DNA of 63,947 bases, counting the filler, from Folioceros fuciformis (Eukaryota), in assembly GCA_049999805.1 (NCBI GenBank). It is 12 parts of 12 records of this genome, joined end to end, with 100 filler letters (N's around TTAATTAATTAA, not from the genome) between each part and the next. Parts side by side here need not be neighbours in the genome. Positions count along the whole stretch, not along the records: positions 55,590 to 61,458 come from JBNGIO010006072.1; positions 61,559 to 62,741 come from JBNGIO010006075.1; positions 62,842 to 63,947 come from JBNGIO010006179.1; 9 more parts are not named here. One strand, written 5' to 3'. The notes beneath the pieces were generated by a model, which was not told where the DNA came from, made no database searches, and worked only from the letters and a program-made list of their open reading frames with translations. How positions within the stretch are numbered: the first letter of the stretch is position 1; each line of letters opens with the position of its first letter. The position numbers and the translations under genes are program-made. Positions 60,416 through 63,947 of the stretch are shown in pieces.

Positions 60416-61458
60416 GTATGTATGTATGTATGTATGTATGTATGTATGTATGTATGTATGTGTGTATGTGTGTATGTGTGTATGTACCCTCCACCAACCG
60501 GATATGCTTGAAATAATCCATACTAGGGTCACTGCTATGTGCAAATCCCTTAGCAGGATGCACACCACAACACCAAGATTCTTTTGTCATGAGCATTGGG
60601 AGAAACTTATTGTGAGGGGCAAGTGAGGGAGGGAATACCACAGCTTGGGCTTGGAAGAGTGGAAACCGTTGAAGCCGAAAGCATTACGAGAATGTATTCC
60701 TTGACCACTCTAGCACTAGGGAAAAGAGCTTCGTTCTTGAACAACCTTGCTCCTTAGAAGCCATTAGCCACAAAGGTGCGGACCAACAACAAAATCTCAT
60801 GTACACCAGCCTCAGCTGTAGAACAAATATATGGCAAAGGAAAAACTTGTGAAACAATAACCTTGTATGCTTGGGAGACAAATTTGTTGGACTCCAACCT
60901 AATTCCATGGTCAGCGGCAGGGACACTTGGCGTGATAGCCATTCTTAGCAAAAAAGAAAAGAAAAAGAAACCAAAGCTGGAAAGCATTTACCAGCATGTA
61001 CATTCATATTTATTGTATATAATATAATATTTTCTATATTATAGTAATAATATGTAAAATACCACACATACCCATACATGGTATGTGTATGTATGTATGC
61101 ATGTATGAAGATTAGGGTTAAGGGCTGGCGTAAAAGAATTTGAAACCCTAATTGTAGCAAGTGCATGACTATTATAAATTAGCCTTAGCAGCTCTAGGTG
61201 AGCTAGTATGATTGAGGTACGTTTTGATTTTTGCCTCTCTTCCATTGTTCCCTTCTTGAATGAATGTCTTTTTTATTCTCCTTTCATTAGGTTCTCAATT
61301 TGTCTCTTTTTGATACGTTTCACGACCCTCGCTAGCTCTCTTCCCCATCTTGTTTGAGCTATATTGGATCTCTTATCTAAGTGTGTGTTCGTGTCTTGTC
61401 GTTGTCTTTTTTTTCTCTTGTTGTCTTGGTTTTTTCTTTCTTTCTTTCTTTCTTTCTT
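60416..61458. repeat. 1043-bp direct repeat, copy 2
   Basis: Matches 55590-56632. Confidence 0.93.
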
Positions 61459-61558
61459 NNNNNNNNNNNNNNNNNNNNNNNNNNNNNNNNNNNNNNNNNN
61501 NNTTAATTAATTAANNNNNNNNNNNNNNNNNNNNNNNNNNNNNNNNNNNNNNNNNNNN

Positions 61559-62741
61559 TGAGGCGAGAATTCGAAATGACCGAGCTTGGGGAATTGACCT
61601 GGTGCCTAGGCATAGAAATTAAACGAGACAGGAAAGCACGGAGACTGTCCATATTTCAGAGGAAGTACATTAGGGACAGCCTTAAGAAATTTAACATGAG
61701 TGAAGCAAATGGGAGTGCCACCCCTCTTGTTGCAGGACTGAGACTGCAGAAAAACATGGGTCAGCTAACCTCAGAAGAAGCAGAAGAAATGGCACGAACG
61801 CCATACAGGCATGCTGTTGGCACCTTGATTTATCTCTCAAATGTTACCAGGCCGGACATTGCTTTTCCAGTCAGTCTAGAATCCCAATTCCTGGACAGTC
61901 CACATCCAGAGCATTGGAGTCAAGTAAAAAGAACCTTTCGCTATCTGAAGAGCACTGCAAATTTCGGCATAACCTATGTGGGCACAGAGGACCAGGATCT
62001 CACCCTTGAAGGTTACTGCGATTCTGACTGGGCTTCGGACTTGGACAGCAGAAAATCACTGTCAGCCTTTGTATTTATGCTTGCTGGAGGTCCCATTTCT
62101 TGGACCAGCAAGAAGCAAGCTACTATTTCTACTTCCAGCACAGAAGCGGAATATAAGGCTTTAACAGTTGCAGCTAAAGAAGCGATTTGGGTGATAAGGA
62201 ACCTGGCAGATGTGGGGGTAACCCAGAGGGAGGCAACCATCCTTCACTGTGATAACCAAGGGGCTGTTGCATTATCAAGAAATCCGGTTTTCCACTCCAA
62301 GGTCAAACACATGGAAATACATCATCACTTCATTTGCGAAGTGGTAGGAAATGGACAAATTGCAGTCATCTACATACCTACTGCCGAAAATCCGGCTGAT
62401 TTACTCACAAAAGCCTTGTCTAAAGAACAGCATAACAAGCATGCAGCAAGACTGGGCATAGCAGTCTGCAGTGAGGAATGAAGACTACTGCCTGATAGCA
62501 CCCTGGATTATGTCGCAGCTATGTAGTAATTTCGGGAGAGGCCAGGTGCTGACACGGTCCAAGGCGGTGACGATCCAGGTGAGAACAAATGCAAGAGTCT
62601 TCAGCAGCAGCGTGCAGATTGAGAGAAAGTAGGTCAGCAGAGTCATGTCGTCGAGTGCAAAGTTTTTTTTTCAGTCATCAAACTCAAGTGGGGGTGACGG
62701 CGTAGTGTTTCGTTTCACCCTAAACCTAAAACTATATATAT
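61559..62741 (+). mobile_element. copia H 3' end: RT/RNase H (stop at 62481), PPT AAGTGGGGG, LTR starting TGACGG at 62695
   Basis: MTELGEL, YCDSDWASD, SSTEAEY, CDNQGA, NPADLLTK. Confidence 0.92.
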
Positions 62742-63621
62742 NNNNNNNNNNNNNNNNNNNNNNNNNNNNNNNNNNNNNNNNNNNNTTAATTAATTAANNN
62801 NNNNNNNNNNNNNNNNNNNNNNNNNNNNNNNNNNNNNNNNNGTAGATCTGAACATCCTTCGTTTCCGATTCTTGCAGGGCGGCTTCGGTGTTGAGCGGGG
62901 TGAAGCATCACAATATGAGAGAGAGAGCAGCCGATGACGTCCGGCGGAGAAGGCGAGCGGCCATACTCTTGCTGCCGGCCGCTGGCGGGCCAAACGGAGC
63001 ATCGGGTCTGTTGGATCGAATTGCGAGTAGGTATGTACCTTGTCTGTGAAGAGGAAAACAAGCGGTGTTCTTGGGTTCCGAGTAGAGAGGAAGAAATGGC
63101 GGGCAGGCAACATGGCGTTAACCCGAGGGACTTGTCATTGTCTGTTAAGGTCCGGGATGGAGGAGGCGTCGTCAAGAAGCCCGTGTTCATCGATGTTTGC
63201 CGCGAACTCCTCGAAACGTCCGCCGGTACTGTGCAATGGCAGCGAGTCCAAGCTATCGGAGGGAGAAACATAAAAGTCCAAGGGGCAATGCAAGTCGGAG
63301 CGCCATGCGGGAGCTCATGGTCCGGGGCGACGGAGTGGATGGCACCGCAGCGATGGTTGCGGAGAAGGGGGATGGACATTCAGACAGCATGGATGGAGAC
63401 AGTGACTTCCAGACGCCTCTTGCTTTTCCCAAGCCTTCCACGGCTGGAATGGAATGGAACTCCAGTGACTTCCAGACGCCTATCCCTTGGAAGGAGGAAG
63501 AAAAACAGCTTTATTTCACCTTGCGCAAGCAATTCTGGCAGGTTTTGAGTAAGTGGGAGCGTGATCAGAAACGTGCGCAGCATAACTGATGCTACACCAT
63601 GACAATAACTGATGCTACACC

Positions 63622-63947
63622 ATGACAAGGAATAGGAATAGAGATAGGTTCTCAAGAGATTATGATTCAGCTTCTCCTAGACAGTCTCGCACTTGCAGCC
63701 GCTATAATTGTTGCTGTGAATTGCATGTAGAAGATCGGCAAGTATCCCGCCGTCCTGCGTCCACACAGCACCTCACATCACAACCTAACAACATTGCGAT
63801 TAGGCAATTGAACATTACGGTAGGCATCCTTAAGCACCAAGCACACATAGCCCAGCAGAAATATTGGAAAGATCAGATCCAGCTACAAAAGCAAATAGGT
63901 ATTTTGACCAAGAAGTTGTCACAAGTTACCATGCAATCTGATCGTCT
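63622..63947 (+). CDS. Unknown ORF open to the window end (Cys cluster, heptad-like segment)
   Basis: MTRNRNRDRFSRDYD..CSRYNCCCELH..IQLQKQIGILTKKLSQV; no stop in 108 codons; absent from the ORF track because it is unterminated. Confidence 0.35.
   Translation, partial: MTRNRNRDRFSRDYDSASPRQSRTCSRYNCCCELHVEDRQVSRRPASTQHLTSQPNNIAIRQLNITVGILKHQAHIAQQKYWKDQIQLQKQIGILTKKLSQVTMQSDR

Overview
Plant-type, transposon-saturated genomic DNA assembled from 13 contigs (11 gaps of N44-TTAATTAATTAA-N44 plus one plain 100-N gap), so order and orientation across gaps are unproven. Content: at least seven Ty1/copia families (labelled A-H here). Family A has four near-identical partial copies. Element E (22187-28972) has an intact 1452-aa gag-pol. 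Element F (7642-11827) is a complete, internally deleted copy with 198-bp LTRs and a CAGCC target-site duplication. Also present: two Ty3/gypsy gag-protease fragments, several pieces of a very long GC-rich LTR family with TGTGGAG...CTCCACA ends, an intact 1021-aa hAT transposase, a decayed two-gene Sola-like DNA transposon, and one host-type spliced DnaJ gene in a 4826-bp direct-repeat unit. Three observations stand out. (1) Copia E carries an extra 5' ORF and a predicted spliced antisense AT-hook/NLS gene ending 9 nt from the pol stop; elements F and H also have antisense ORFs in that position. (2) The Sola-like transposase intron holds a spaced array of 22-bp palindromes. (3) Three separate fold-back insertions disrupt retroelement ORFs. 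All assignments come from motif reading and by-eye alignment; no searches were run.
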